Below the pieces are notes generated by a model. That model made no database searches. It was not told where the DNA came from and saw only the letters and a list, made by a program, of their open reading frames with translations. From the NCBI RefSeq assembly GCF_035594765.1, contig NC_085845.1, positions 155,698,897 through 155,762,896 of the forward strand: 64,000 nucleotides of DNA, given 5' to 3'. The DNA comes from Anolis carolinensis. Lineage: Eukaryota. Made by a program: the position numbers and the translations under genes. Numbering within the stretch: position 1 is the first letter of the stretch; every line of letters starts with the position of its first letter. Shown here piece after piece: positions 51,597-58,740 of the stretch.

Positions 51597-53454
51597 GTAC
51601 ATACAATATATTATATTATTAGCATAGCACAATATTAGCATTATATATCACTATATTGAACTATACTGTAATATTATTAGTAATATTATATGTAATATAG
51701 AATATATACTTAATATTATCATATGGTATTATTATTAGTGTTATATTGTATTACATAATTATAATATTATTATCAATATTATATGTGTATACAATATATT
51801 ATATTATAAAACTGAGGGCGGGGGCCAGGTAAATGACCTCGGAGGGCCGCATCCGGCCCCCGGGCCTTAGTTTGGGGACCCCTGACCTATACTAACAAAG
51901 GCGCCAAATCAAAATTGATTCTTATTTCCTCTCACTATAGTTATTCAGAATATTCAACATCACCCTAGACAAATGAGCTTTCCAAAAAAATACAAGAAAA
52001 CCTCTGATGATAACATATGGCTAAACCTATTAATGAAGGATCTATGTTCTGAAAATAGGAATTATGTGTATTAAGAGTCTTGACTGTCAAATCAAATATG
52101 AGAAAGGGGCAGCAAAGTGGAAGATTTCTGAGTTATACAATATCTTACTATAGCTAGAGAGATGGAAGCAAATGAACTCTATTTTTCTTGTTTGCTGTAG
52201 TTCTGACAATTTTAACTCCCTACATTAAAACAGAAAAACAAGAAAAGCCATGCTCAGTCCCATTTCAAGGAAAAGGGGAGGAATGTAAAGAAAGATTGTG
52301 ATAATAATTTCTAGGGGGTGATCATCATTTTTATGGTCAAATAAAGGATAAAACATTTACAATAAAAAGCAAACTCATAACAGACCCACTAAAATGAAAC
52401 CAGAAGATTGCAATTTTAAATAAACTAAATTTATGTTCACAGTAAATAGCAGTGGCAGTGGGTTAAACCGCTGGGCTGCTGAACTTGCAGGTTGAAAGGT
52501 TGGAGGTTCGAATCCAGGGAGCGGGGTGAGCTCCCACTGTTAGCCCCAGCTTCTGCCAACCTAGCAGTTTGAAAACATGCAAATGTGAGATCAATAGGTA
52601 CTGCTTTGGCGGGAAGGTAACAGCACTCCATGCAGTCATACCAGCCACACAACCTTGGAGGTGTCCACGGACAATGCCAGCTCTTCGGCTTAGAAATGGA
52701 CATGAGCATCAACCCCCCAGAGTCAGACACAACTAGATTTAATGTCAGGGGAAAACCTTTACCTTATGTTCACAGTATACTCCCATTATACCCAAAACTG
52801 ATCATTCAATAACAAGTACAGATCCAAACTACACATGCAACATCATGAGTAGGGTTTTTTTTTTATTGTTAGAGAATGTAAAACTGAGGACACAGCACTG
52901 ATTTAACACCACACCAAATCTGAATGCTTAGTTACAGGAATTTTAGATAACAAATATCTACTGTAAATTCGACAAGGAAATTCAGATTATTAGAAATTCT
53001 GTTCCCTTTCATTTAAAAATCAGAGTCGGTATCCCATCCCATCTACAGAAGCCAACTACATTAAGAACAGACTCTTTCGTCTGGGACAGCAGGATCGCTT
53101 ACGGGGCACAAAACTCTGTTTGCCAATACAATGGTCCTACTTTAATCACAACACATTATTTCCAAATCTCAGTTGATTTCATTCAATCAAACGTCTGCCA
53201 AAAAAACTCCCCAGAACATTTTAGGAAATAGCTTTTAAAAAAGAAAATAAGAGGTACTATCTGTACGTGTTTAAACACAGAGCTATTTCAGTGACAACAT
53301 TAAAAAGACAAAACAAACCTCGAAAGACAGGAGAAAGTTCGTTGTATCCTCCAAATGAAGCATTCCGGACAAGTTTTCGACCATCAGCTCGTGGAGGAAG
53401 CGAAACCCCAGCACATGAAGAAAACCTACGTCGTAATGGGCCCTCTTCCTTCAT
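697..53454 (-). CDS. OSBPL8: Multi-exon oxysterol-binding protein-related protein 8 (ORP8) or ORP8-like paralogue; 20 coding exons in window, C-terminal TM exon outside the window
   Basis: Spliced exons give a continuous frame with a PH domain ([18 protein letters not shown]...), an ORD with EQVSHHPP and [12 protein letters not shown], and ORP8-type linkers. All junctions are GT-AG with compatible phases. Orthologue versus paralogue is unresolved. Confidence 0.85.
1050..1149 (-). CDS. OSBPL8: Coding exon 19 ([33 protein letters not shown])
   Basis: ttcag|GTT...GAAG|gtgagc, 100 nt; resembles ORP8 SSPEPDIQDSSGSE. Confidence 0.92.
1749..1836 (-). CDS. OSBPL8: Coding exon 18 ([29 protein letters not shown])
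   Basis: ORF 1668..1856; acag|C...ATG|gtatgc, 88 nt. Confidence 0.95.
1920..2150 (-). mobile_element. Older tRNA-derived squamate SINE
   Basis: Reverse-strand match to 48590-48782. Confidence 0.7.
3597..3782 (-). CDS. OSBPL8: Coding exon 17 ([29 protein letters not shown]...YRYA-D)
   Basis: ORF 3593..3919; atag|A...GA|gtgagt, 186 nt. Confidence 0.96.
4354..4490 (-). CDS. OSBPL8: Coding exon 16 ([12 protein letters not shown]...[11 protein letters not shown])
   Basis: gcag|GAC...AA|gtaagt, 137 nt. Confidence 0.95.
6011..6100 (-). CDS. OSBPL8: Coding exon 15 ([30 protein letters not shown])
   Basis: atag|CCC...TGG|gtaagt, 90 nt. Confidence 0.95.
6992..7368. mobile_element. Shorter member of the 46460 family
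   Basis: Colinear with both ends of 46460-47834; right TIR eroded. Confidence 0.8.
7579..7676 (-). CDS. OSBPL8: Coding exon 14 ([33 protein letters not shown])
   Basis: acag|GA...AAG|gttagt, 98 nt. Confidence 0.95.
9467..9565 (-). CDS. OSBPL8: Coding exon 13 ([34 protein letters not shown])
   Basis: ttcag|GA...AAAG|gtatat, 99 nt. Confidence 0.95.
9780..9876 (-). CDS. OSBPL8: Coding exon 12 ([33 protein letters not shown]), OSBP signature
   Basis: acag|GTA...TATG|gtgagt, 97 nt. Confidence 0.97.
10837..10935 (-). CDS. OSBPL8: Coding exon 11 ([16 protein letters not shown]...FYIAEQ)
   Basis: ttcag|GGT...CAG|gtatta, 99 nt. Confidence 0.96.
12038..12119 (-). CDS. OSBPL8: Coding exon 10 ([27 protein letters not shown])
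   Basis: ctag|A...AAG|gtaaca, 82 nt. Confidence 0.95.
12520..13398 (+). mobile_element. L2 LINE 3' fragment split by an insertion at about 12861-13359
   Basis: ORF 12508..12885 (DYCN...LHWL...YKAL); L2-type sequence resumes at 13360 (CAAGTACGGCTGGTGGAGACGAGAGAG). Confidence 0.8.
12861..13359. mobile_element. Probable solo LTR of an unrelated family inside the L2
   Basis: About 500-bp TGTTG...TGACA block that cleanly interrupts the L2, with AATAAA near its end; the flanks CCACT/CCATC are only an imperfect TSD. Confidence 0.45.
13399..13670 (+). mobile_element. Sauria SINE (5'-truncated)
   Basis: Similar to 39297, 52445 and 62408; ACCTTT-type tail. Confidence 0.85.
14164..14348 (-). CDS. OSBPL8: Coding exon 9, start of ORD ([19 protein letters not shown]...HADFLS-E)
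   Basis: ORF 14160..14363; gaag|GCA...GA|gtgagt. Confidence 0.96.
15140..15365 (-). CDS. OSBPL8: Coding exon 8, acidic linker ([22 protein letters not shown]...HEELGE)
   Basis: ctag|T TTA AAC...GAG|gtaaaa, 226 nt, open frame. Confidence 0.94.
16394..16448. repeat. (AAT)n microsatellite
   Basis: Pure AAT run. Others occur at 49173-49210 (L2 tail) and 57842-57879. Confidence 0.95.
17204..17374. mobile_element. Tigger-like MITE
   Basis: TA-CAGGCA(C/G)TC...TTACAAA inverted termini. Confidence 0.75.
17585..17800 (+). mobile_element. Old L2 3' fragment
   Basis: Degenerate version of the SGEALLS...WNSLP segment. Confidence 0.55.
18737..18905 (-). CDS. OSBPL8: Coding exon 7 ([29 protein letters not shown]...SESF-P)
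   Basis: ORF 18733..18933; ctag|GT...CC|gtaagt. Confidence 0.95.
19188..19515. mobile_element. Tigger-like MITE
   Basis: AGTAGACTCTCAGTTAACCAG inverted termini. Confidence 0.75.
19549..20690 (+). mobile_element. Solo LTR of a sister subfamily of the same Gypsy element
   Basis: TGTTATG...TGACA, 1142 bp, 5-bp TSD CTTCT on both sides; highly similar but not identical to 28425-29573. Confidence 0.97.
20757..21070 (-). mobile_element. RTE/Bov-B LINE 3' fragment
   Basis: KYFGHIMRR...[25 protein letters not shown]...[11 protein letters not shown] followed by a short tandem tail. Confidence 0.9.
22019..22255. mobile_element. Older Tigger-like MITE
   Basis: Degenerate CAGT.G.CCCT.C.TA termini flanked by TA. 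Confidence 0.55.
23129..23213 (-). CDS. OSBPL8: Coding exon 6 ([29 protein letters not shown])
   Basis: ttcag|GGT...GATG|gtattt, 85 nt. Confidence 0.95.
23874..26176 (+). mobile_element. 5'-truncated L1-clade LINE (ORF2 RT to C-terminus, 3' UTR, short poly-A)
   Basis: [25 protein letters not shown] and a C-terminal CWHNC...H...C motif; G-rich 3' UTR; AATAAA at 26155; 14-bp TSD GAATTTTAAGACTG (23860-23873, 26177-26190); internal deletion/frameshift near 24450. Confidence 0.95.
27068..27327 (+). mobile_element. tRNA-derived SINE with a Sauria-like head and a different 3' end (GTTGCTCCTGACACG-A7)
   Basis: B box GGTTCGAATCC; AGCAGTA repeated on both flanks; the same 3' terminus occurs alone at about 13960-13992. 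Confidence 0.75.
27467..28168. mobile_element. Non-autonomous hAT (Charlie-like) element
   Basis: 16-bp TIR CAGGGGTCCCCAAACT; perfect 8-bp TSD TATTAGAC. Confidence 0.95.
28425..29573 (+). repeat. 5' LTR
   Basis: TG...CA direct repeat of 33617-34765; TATA-like CATAAAA at 28847; AATAAA at 29529. Confidence 0.97.
29576..29586 (+). promoter_or_regulatory. Primer-binding site, self-priming type
   Basis: TTGCCCAACGC is the exact reverse complement of LTR 28879-28889 (GCGTTGGGCAA); no TGG-starting tRNA-type PBS. Confidence 0.8.
29629..30429 (+). CDS. gag: Gag (266 aa) with a CCHC zinc knuckle
   Basis: [17 protein letters not shown] (capsid/MHR-like), EPMEL and [14 protein letters not shown], typical of sushi/PEG10-like Gag. 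Confidence 0.95.
   Translation: MDELRAKVDQLQTAFTVIQTAQAVKGHVLTPERFDGTRCKLPTFLAQVELYFSQLSAHAFPTDTSKVAFILSLLTGPAGQWATNLILGNDPVKDNLNNFKKLLTDTFGDPLRTENAGWALYRLKQGKGTVLDYLNKFNLYRHQLDWGENAFMLLFTAGLSDMLQDELARLEPAESWDALVAKVLRLDARFEARKHSKAMCAPPMHVTRAPVVMGEEPMELGVFKKLSTEEKSRRRQLGLCLYCGNAGHFAKNCNVKPSQLSGKGQP
30411..30457 (+). promoter_or_regulatory. -1 ribosomal frameshift signal
   Basis: G GGA AAA heptamer in the gag frame, a 4-nt spacer, then a perfect 12-bp stem AGCCCTAGTGCG/CGCACTAGGGCT. Confidence 0.85.
30411..34034 (+). CDS. pol: Pol (protease, RT, RNase H, integrase, acidic tail), probably expressed by -1 frameshift from gag
   Basis: LLDSGA protease; YLDD RT; EADAS...RSDHKNL RNase H; HHCC, MDFI/SDRA/SER and GPF integrase motifs. 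The ORF track start at 30429 is GTG, and the frame is -1 relative to gag. Confidence 0.96.
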   Translation, partial: GKRPALVRRESNALGLLKQSTEGRKHVFVPITLSVGGRELVSTLALLDSGATVSYVDIEFAKKHGIPRVRKACDVWVEGADGRLLETGVVNHETSAVTWEVQGVTGTFVWDITSLPRYDVILGMDWLAVVNPHVDWATRKVILKRQDCCTLNVTHSDMEGVPAEYGEFSDVFCKREADKLPPHRPYDCAIKLAEGAKLPAGRLYALTVPERQALREFLDENLAKGFIRPSSSPTAAPVFFVAKKTGELRLVCDYRILNKYTIRNRYPLPLISELLSRVQGAKVFTKLDLRGAYNLIRIREGDEWKTAFNTCFGCHEFRVMPFGLCNAPAVFQRFMNDVFRDLIDQFLVIYLDDILIFSKDEKEHRQHVKQVLHRLRANGLFAKASKCVFHVPEVEFLGHVVSGRELKMDPHKVDAVNSWQELKTKKDVQRFLGFANYYREFIPNFAKLTVPLTQLLRKKQPFVWGREAHEAFLQLKSSFQSDNILTHPDVDRPFVVEADASSYALGAVLSQKDSSGTLRPCGFYSRQLTPFEQNYTIWEKELLAIKVAFEVWRHWLEGARHQIVVRSDHKNLEHLQTAKKLNQRQIRWALFFSRFNFKVQFVEGKANLRADALSRKPEFKTNEQVVCQTILPTASLCVVDNELGLHDQILEAQKDDVWTQEQLMLLSAGNRTILPHLQDQDGVLVRRGQVYVPVGTLRLEVIRAHHDEPMAGHFGRFKTVQLITRSYWWPKMRQDILRFCDSCAVCQQSKTPVGRPRGLLSSLPVPERPWQIISMDFISDLPKSGGYTCIWVVVDLFSKLAHFIPCSTIPAAPTLALLFTKHIYRLHGAPEVIISDRAPQFVSRFWKHFHECLGTKLNVSSAFHPQTDGQSERVNGLLEQYLRCFCLDQPTAWVKWLPVAEFAYNNAVHTSSQHTPFELTYGFHPRGGVAPSTNVVSSDPVYRSSEMAALHDVARRLLLEAKATQKTQADRHRQAGEELEEGDLVWLSSKHIKQAGGKFAPRYLGPFPIVKKISSVAFRLRLPSSLKVHPVFHRSLLKLDTSSRRGAIAEGITATSPPSGEEAFVRGDSVMIEPHGSVTDRRGRKTPRESDTLEERERKRLRDIFAAPSDEESFEGFTERMEEGLVSSEEDEMDWTRVREEVGATGHDGTEDEWGPSGLDPWFSWRDGTGSTAGDAVGRSQRCSSSDEESDEETPGLRRTADSDEDL
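33617..34765 (+). repeat. 3' LTR (U3 encodes the end of pol)
   Basis: Copy of the 5' LTR at offset 5192; preceded by the purine tract GAGAGGGGATAG. Confidence 0.97.
35588..35791 (-). CDS. OSBPL8: Coding exon 5, PH domain (IRGTLKSW...QSIWAVK)
   Basis: ORF 35543..35824; taag|ATT...AAG|gtaagt, 204 nt. Confidence 0.97.
36825..37148. mobile_element. Tc1/mariner (Tigger/pogo-like) MITE
   Basis: Perfect TIR CAGTAGAGTCTCACTTATCCAAC; TA TSD. Confidence 0.93.
37216..38174. mobile_element. Tc1/mariner-type non-autonomous element with a GC/CpG-rich interior
   Basis: TIR CCGTATTTTT(C)GCTTTATAAGACGCAC with subterminal ATAAGACGCAC repeats; TA TSD. Confidence 0.9.
38417..38518 (-). CDS. OSBPL8: Coding exon 4 ([34 protein letters not shown]), polybasic/coiled-coil segment
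   Basis: atag|GTT...AAG|gtcaga, 102 nt. Confidence 0.95.
39297..39625 (-). mobile_element. Sauria SINE
   Basis: AAAGGTAAAGG tail, Bov-B-related body, tRNA-like head with A/B boxes on the minus strand. Confidence 0.88.
40189..40287 (-). CDS. OSBPL8: Coding exon 3 ([33 protein letters not shown])
   Basis: ttcag|TCG...AAG|gtcagt, 99 nt. Confidence 0.93.
42211..42775 (-). mobile_element. L2 LINE 3' fragment nested in the Penelope RT
   Basis: ORF 42518..42808 (RSLRSS...[15 protein letters not shown]...LKTWLF) and an (ATT)n tail; splits GSPLNPV|ANFYME. Confidence 0.9.
43956..43996 (+). ncRNA. Minimal hammerhead ribozyme in the Penelope 3' repeat
   Basis: CCT-CTGAGGA-T-GCCTGC...GTGGGC-GAAAC-GTC-AGG: core boxes, stem II, palindromic ACGT stem III, GUC cleavage triplet. 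Confidence 0.8.
44595..45170 (+). mobile_element. CR1 LINE 3' fragment
   Basis: ERDLGV..., [21 protein letters not shown] and a terminal (ATTCTATG)2 tail. Confidence 0.9.
46460..47834. mobile_element. Tc1/mariner-type non-autonomous element
   Basis: TIR CCGTATATACT(C/T)GA; TA flanks; CTCGAGTATAAGC subterminal repeats. Confidence 0.85.
48304..48374 (-). CDS. OSBPL8: Coding exon 2 ([24 protein letters not shown])
   Basis: ttttag|GG...AAA|gtaagt; resembles ORP8 GFERGKEDISQNKDESSLSMSKSK. Confidence 0.92.
48590..48782 (+). mobile_element. Older tRNA-derived squamate SINE (related copies at about 1920-2150 on - and 57025-57205 on +)
   Basis: A/B-box-like head (GGATTCAAATCC), shared core GAACAAATCTTGC.AAGAAAAC and a CTTGAAGGCAC-type tail. 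Confidence 0.7.
50945..51884. mobile_element. Second copy of the same hAT element, with an extra L2 3' end at about 51380-51593
   Basis: Same TIRs; 8-bp TSD ACCTATAC; interior colinear with 27467-28168. Confidence 0.95.
52447..52765 (+). mobile_element. Sauria SINE
   Basis: GTGGCAGTGGGTTAAA head, GGTTCGAATCC B box, AACCTTTACC tail. Confidence 0.88.
53319..53454 (-). CDS. OSBPL8: Coding exon 1 ([14 protein letters not shown]...[10 protein letters not shown]), ORP5-like N-terminus
   Basis: ATG at 53454-53452 with an in-frame stop just upstream; donor G|gtttgt in phase 1 matches the next exon; candidate acceptor ctttctctgcag near 53514. Confidence 0.8.
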
Positions 53455-53768
53455 GAGTTAGTTGTTCTGTGTAATAATTGTTGTCATTCAGAAGGCTGAT
53501 TGTAATAAGAATGCTGCAGAGAAAGCCTTTGCCCTCACAGTCAGATCAGCAACATGCAAACCACACATATAGAGTAGGTGCCATATGCTCACTTGGACTG
53601 ACAACTAACTAAAGCTGATAAAATTGGGAAAACAGTCTTGAGATGTTTAAAAATTCAATTATAGTTGCAGTAAATCTTTCATCAAAATATTGCATATTAT
53701 TACTCCTCTTTGTTGTGTAGACACCCGACAACTATCATGATAAAATACATTAAACAGAGGAGTTATTA

Positions 53769-54078
53769 CAGGATGAGTATCCCTTATCCAGAATTCCAAA
53801 ATCCAAAATACTTCAACATTCAAAATAGCCCACATGGGTGGCTGAGATAGTGATATCTTTGCTTTTTCTAATGATTTAATACACCTAAACTTTTCTTAAT
53901 GCATAACATTTTAAAATGTTGTGCATAAAATTATCCTCAGGTTCTCTATATAAGAAACATAAATGAATTTTATGTTTAGACATGGATCCCATCATCAAGA
54001 TATCTCATTATGAATATGCAAACATTCCAAAATCCAAAATACAGTTCAAAGCATTTCAGATAAGTGATACCCAACCTG
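53769..54078. mobile_element. Tigger-like MITE
   Basis: TA-CAGG(A/T)TG.GTATC.CTTATC inverted termini. Confidence 0.8.
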
Positions 54079-55848
54079 TATAGATTCTTCCACTGCCAAA
54101 TTGTGAAACACACAAAGCAGCTTATCATAAATTGGGTATCTGCCTTCTGCTGCAAAAATTATACCTGCTCACAGAAGATGGTTTAACATGAACATCAGAG
54201 ATCCCTCCCATCCCCAACTCAACTATATAGATTTCTCAATAGACTGTTGAATGGTAAGCCAACACTTATGTACATCCTATTGATTCATGTGTTTACTCCA
54301 ATAGGGGCTGGCAATTGCACTAAGGCCAGTCTATAGAATTTTCATAACTAGAAAACAACTGTTCTGTTTAAAAAAAACCATAAACCATTTATACAACCCC
54401 TCCCTGACCTCAAGGGAACTCCTCCTCCTATCCAGATAGAATTCAGCTTTTATTCCGCTCTTGATTGAAAAGCACAGTAGAAGCAGGGTGGCATCAACAT
54501 CCCATGTAGGATCTTCTATTCCTCTTTGTGTACCTTTTTCTGTTTCTCATTTTATATGTACCCACATCTAGATAGAGCTAAGACAGAGCACACTTCTGAG
54601 GCACACAGCCTGTTGTTATAACCCTTGTACCAGAAATGCTCTAACAGTATTCTGCTTTTTATGACATAGAAATGTGCTATTCATAAAATAAGTTTCAGCT
54701 GTGCCGTTTATTATGACCCACATTGTAACTCTAATAATAAACACATACAAAGGCAGAACCTGTACCCGTGTGTAGAGATTAAAGGGCAGAACTACACTTG
54801 ACAAACAATGGTTTCCTTAGTAACTACACTATGTGGGTGGGCAACTACAGGGCAGAATCAATGGGTAGGACAGTAGTAATTATCCCATTTTGAACACAAC
54901 AATTCTCCTATACAAGTTCTTCTGTCATTATTAATATATATTTACCAAGCCAGGCTGTGAAAGAGGACATGTGCCTAACCAAGAATGGGACTAATTGACC
55001 TGGTGAAACATGTGTGCAGAATATTCGTAAGCATGGGAAAATTGTCACTGTTCATATTCTTGTTATCCTAGCAAACAGATGTTTATTGAAGAAGAAAAAG
55101 GAAGAAAATTATTTAAGAAGGGTTATGGTTGAAACTATTGTCATATGTTTAAAATTCAATATACTGGACATATGGATAAAACTAAGCCACTGTCTGCCTC
55201 CAACATTTTAATGGATATATTTTAGTTCAACTGTCTACAGGTAATATTTGGTTTAAAAGATAGCATTACATCAAGAAATGTAATATTAAAATTGCTATTG
55301 TTAAGTACAAGATTTTAAAAATATACCTATGTTATAGTATCAATATTTTCTGTGGTTTTCCTCCCATAAGGTGTTCTACTGGAGATTACAAAATAATCAC
55401 CATTATTTCTGCTTAAAGAAGCTGTAATCACCTGACAATTTGGCACACTTGAGAAGGCACAGTAGTCTTAGTTCAGACCTAGTTCTTATTGAGTTGTACA
55501 TTTGTGTTTGGGTTGTACCACTTTAAAAAACAAACCCAGTTGTCTCTAACAAAGGTAGAATGTTTACCCATAAAAACTACTGAACAAAGTCTGCACTAGA
55601 AGACTTTCTCTGCAACAATCAGACTGTCTGTGCTTCTCTTTTTGTACTATGCAGCATTGAATTATATGAGCCTCCACCTGCATCCCAAAATGGTATAATC
55701 TTGACAGAAATGAAAGGCTATATGAAACAAGAGGCTCTGAGTCAAAACTAAAGAACAGGTAAATATGTGGTCCTCTATGTTTGACTACATCCCCCATTGT
55801 CTCTAAACACTGCATTGATGTGAGTTGGTTCTGAAGAACATCCTAAAG

Positions 55849-55983
55849 CAGTGATTCTCAACCTGTGGGTCCCCAGGTGTTTTGGCCTACAACTCCCAGA
55901 AATCCTAGTCCCTTTAACAGCTGTTAGGATTTCTGGGAGTTGAAAGCCAAAACATCTGGGGACCCATAGGTTGAGAACCACTG
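55849..55983. mobile_element. Short palindromic hAT MITE
   Basis: TIR CAGTG(A/G)TTCTCAACCT; 8-bp TSD TCCTAAAG/TCCTAAAA; almost fully self-complementary. Confidence 0.9.
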
Positions 55984-57841
55984 TCCTAAAATAAAGGGAC
56001 ACCATTTCTTAGTTTTAACAAATTTCAATAAAGGAGTGAAATATTTCAAATATATTGTGAAGAATAATTACAGGTATCCTTCTTGAAGCAATTTCTGTCA
56101 CCAGCAAGTAGTCTATTTTATGTCACGCCTTAACTTTAATGTCAAATCTTAATTTTCTCTCACCATAGTCTGTATCAATACAAAACTCTTTTCTTTCTGT
56201 TCTTAGTTTATGCCCTTGCTCCCAAATTCCAGTCTTGACTTCAAATCCATCTTTGGCTTTCTTAGTCTATTTTTTATTAGCTCCAACATTTCATTCTGTA
56301 TTTATTATCCTATTTCCCATTCATCACTACATCAGGAAAGCAGAAGACATCAGGTATAATATGATTTACAGCAATGATATATTCCTAGTCCATGCTATAT
56401 TTTCCATTCTAATCTGAGGTTCTTTTTGGATTAAATTATATTGAGTTCTAATCATTATTTTATAGCACAAACACTTTAAAACATTGCTGCTTCTCTAGCT
56501 AATGGTCAAATAGAAAGAAAAACAAAGATCTTGAGAGACAGCTTTCCAACAAGGAAATTGTGCTTAATATGTAAGTTCCCATAGGATAATTCAATTAAGT
56601 TGAATATGTTGGGTCTCACTAATCATATCTTTTTATTGGTTCATGCCAATACAAAGGCAGCCAACATTAAAAGATTTTAGTAACAGAATATGATGACTAG
56701 GACAACAAAACATTTGATTCTTCTAAAACAGGAGTTGAATCATTTTTAAAAGGGCTACGGATCCAGAGACACATGAAACTAAAAGTGTAATTGAGTCATA
56801 GAGAAATGCCTAGAAATCACAATGGAAACAATGTGCATAACCAAAATGTGTGTTTATAGTGTATGGAAGTACACTGTAATGATCTCTAAAAACAATTATG
56901 GAACTTTTAACTAATCCCTTTATTCAGATGACTAGTATATTTCAAATTATGGAGAAAATAACTAAATACCCTAAAGTTACCAGATCCTGTATGTTCTTGG
57001 AAGAAAAGCAGAGTTAGCCCTGGCTAGTACTCGGATAGGTGTCTGCCAATGGATACCAGGTGCTGTAGGCTATATTTCAGAACAAAGAAATGGCAAAATA
57101 ATTTCTGAATGTTCCTTGCATAAGAAAACCCTATGAAATTTATGTGGCAGCCGTAAGTCGACAGGCAACTTGAAGGTATGTGTGTGCATATATATACACA
57201 CACACACAATGATAAGCTAGTAAACACATGAGAATAGGAGATTTTCTAATGCTGACTAATGATGCTCAAACAGAAAAGTAGTTTATCAAATCTGTAGAGA
57301 CTGGAAAAAGAAAAGAAAAATAATATCAGACTTTTATCAAAGCAAGCTAATAATCTATGCAGCTCACCACTGGAGCAAAAGCCTTAAATTGGGATAAGAG
57401 TCTTAGTTACTGGAAGGAGAAAAATTGACCAAACTGCTACCAAATACAATTGTCTAGAAAATACTGCTAATAAACATCATGTTAAACATTCAACATGGAT
57501 TTTACCTATGGATATTCTTAGAAGAACTATATCACTAGGTAAGAAAATCAGGAGAAACTAAATACATGTTTAACTACTGGCAATTATTCAGCTAGCTCAG
57601 TATTAACTTCCTAATCTTTGGTTAAGTCCAAGACCTAATGTTATTTTTACTGTCTTTAATGGAAGCACTGCTTTTATTTTGGAAATGCACTGAGCAGTCT
57701 ATTACTGAAAGCTATTCAGGTGGATGTGTCTCCCTTCAGTAGTTGAGGTATTTTTTACTACAGCCAATTACAGCAAAGCATATGCACACACATCATGTAC
57801 AATATATATATATAAAACAATGTATGTAAAACATATATACC

Positions 57842-57879
<38 letters not shown>

Positions 57880-58455
57880 TCTCCTGTAATTACCATATTG
57901 GAGGTTGGATTTTTTTAAGCTGGATTGAAAAGTACTAACATTTAATGTAACATTACAAATGCATTTTAATATTCTTATTCTCTGCAACAGCTGAATAATC
58001 AATTGAGAAAATTGAGCTAAAAACAAAGGTTGTATTCAAGTAGCACAGCCTATATAACAAGAATAGGCTTTGTTGCTTCACTACACATTAACACAATTCA
58101 GATATTTAGGGCAGCTAACCTGGCTCACAAATGTAGTTACCTCTATAGATGAGTGTAAGAAGGGGCATGAATGAATGAGAGAGATCAGTAAGGGGTGAAG
58201 GGGATCTGTTTATTAAGAATGCTATGCCATCTTGTTACATCTACAAAGCTATCTAAAAGGAAGCATAAATAAGTACACATTACCTACCTATATCAGTGAC
58301 ATATGCTCTTTCCTAACAAAATATATCTGTAAAATATAGTGAGCCGCTTGCAGCTTGTCTAGCAACAGCTGTAGAATATGCAATTTAGAAGGCACCAGTT
58401 GCTTGTCTGACTATTCCCTGTGAAAAAAATCCGGAATCTTTAAAGGTATACTTAC

Positions 58456-58740
58456 CTTCACGGGTGTATCCACAGGGTGAAATTTCAAAACACAAACCAG
58501 TTTATATTATCACAGCTCCAAAGGGTTTTACAAAGAAAAAAACTAACGCTTTCAGACTTGATTTTCTTTAAAGGAAGCTCAACTGAATCACAATGTCTTT
58601 TGGCACATCAGGCTGCAGCTGAGGCACTTCTTTTAAAAGGAGCCTGCAGCTTATTGCGTCTGGCTTGGCTCTCTGACTGCTCTGCAGCTCCTCCCACACA
58701 CTTGTTGACTGCTCAGGTTTCGGTTATTTTAGCGCAAGTA
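58456..58740 (-). promoter_or_regulatory. Candidate non-coding 5' exon / promoter of the ORP8-like transcript
   Basis: Perfect donor GAAG|gtaagtat at 58456/58455 in repeat-free, locally GC-richer sequence upstream of the ATG exon. The 5' boundary is a guess. Confidence 0.45.
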
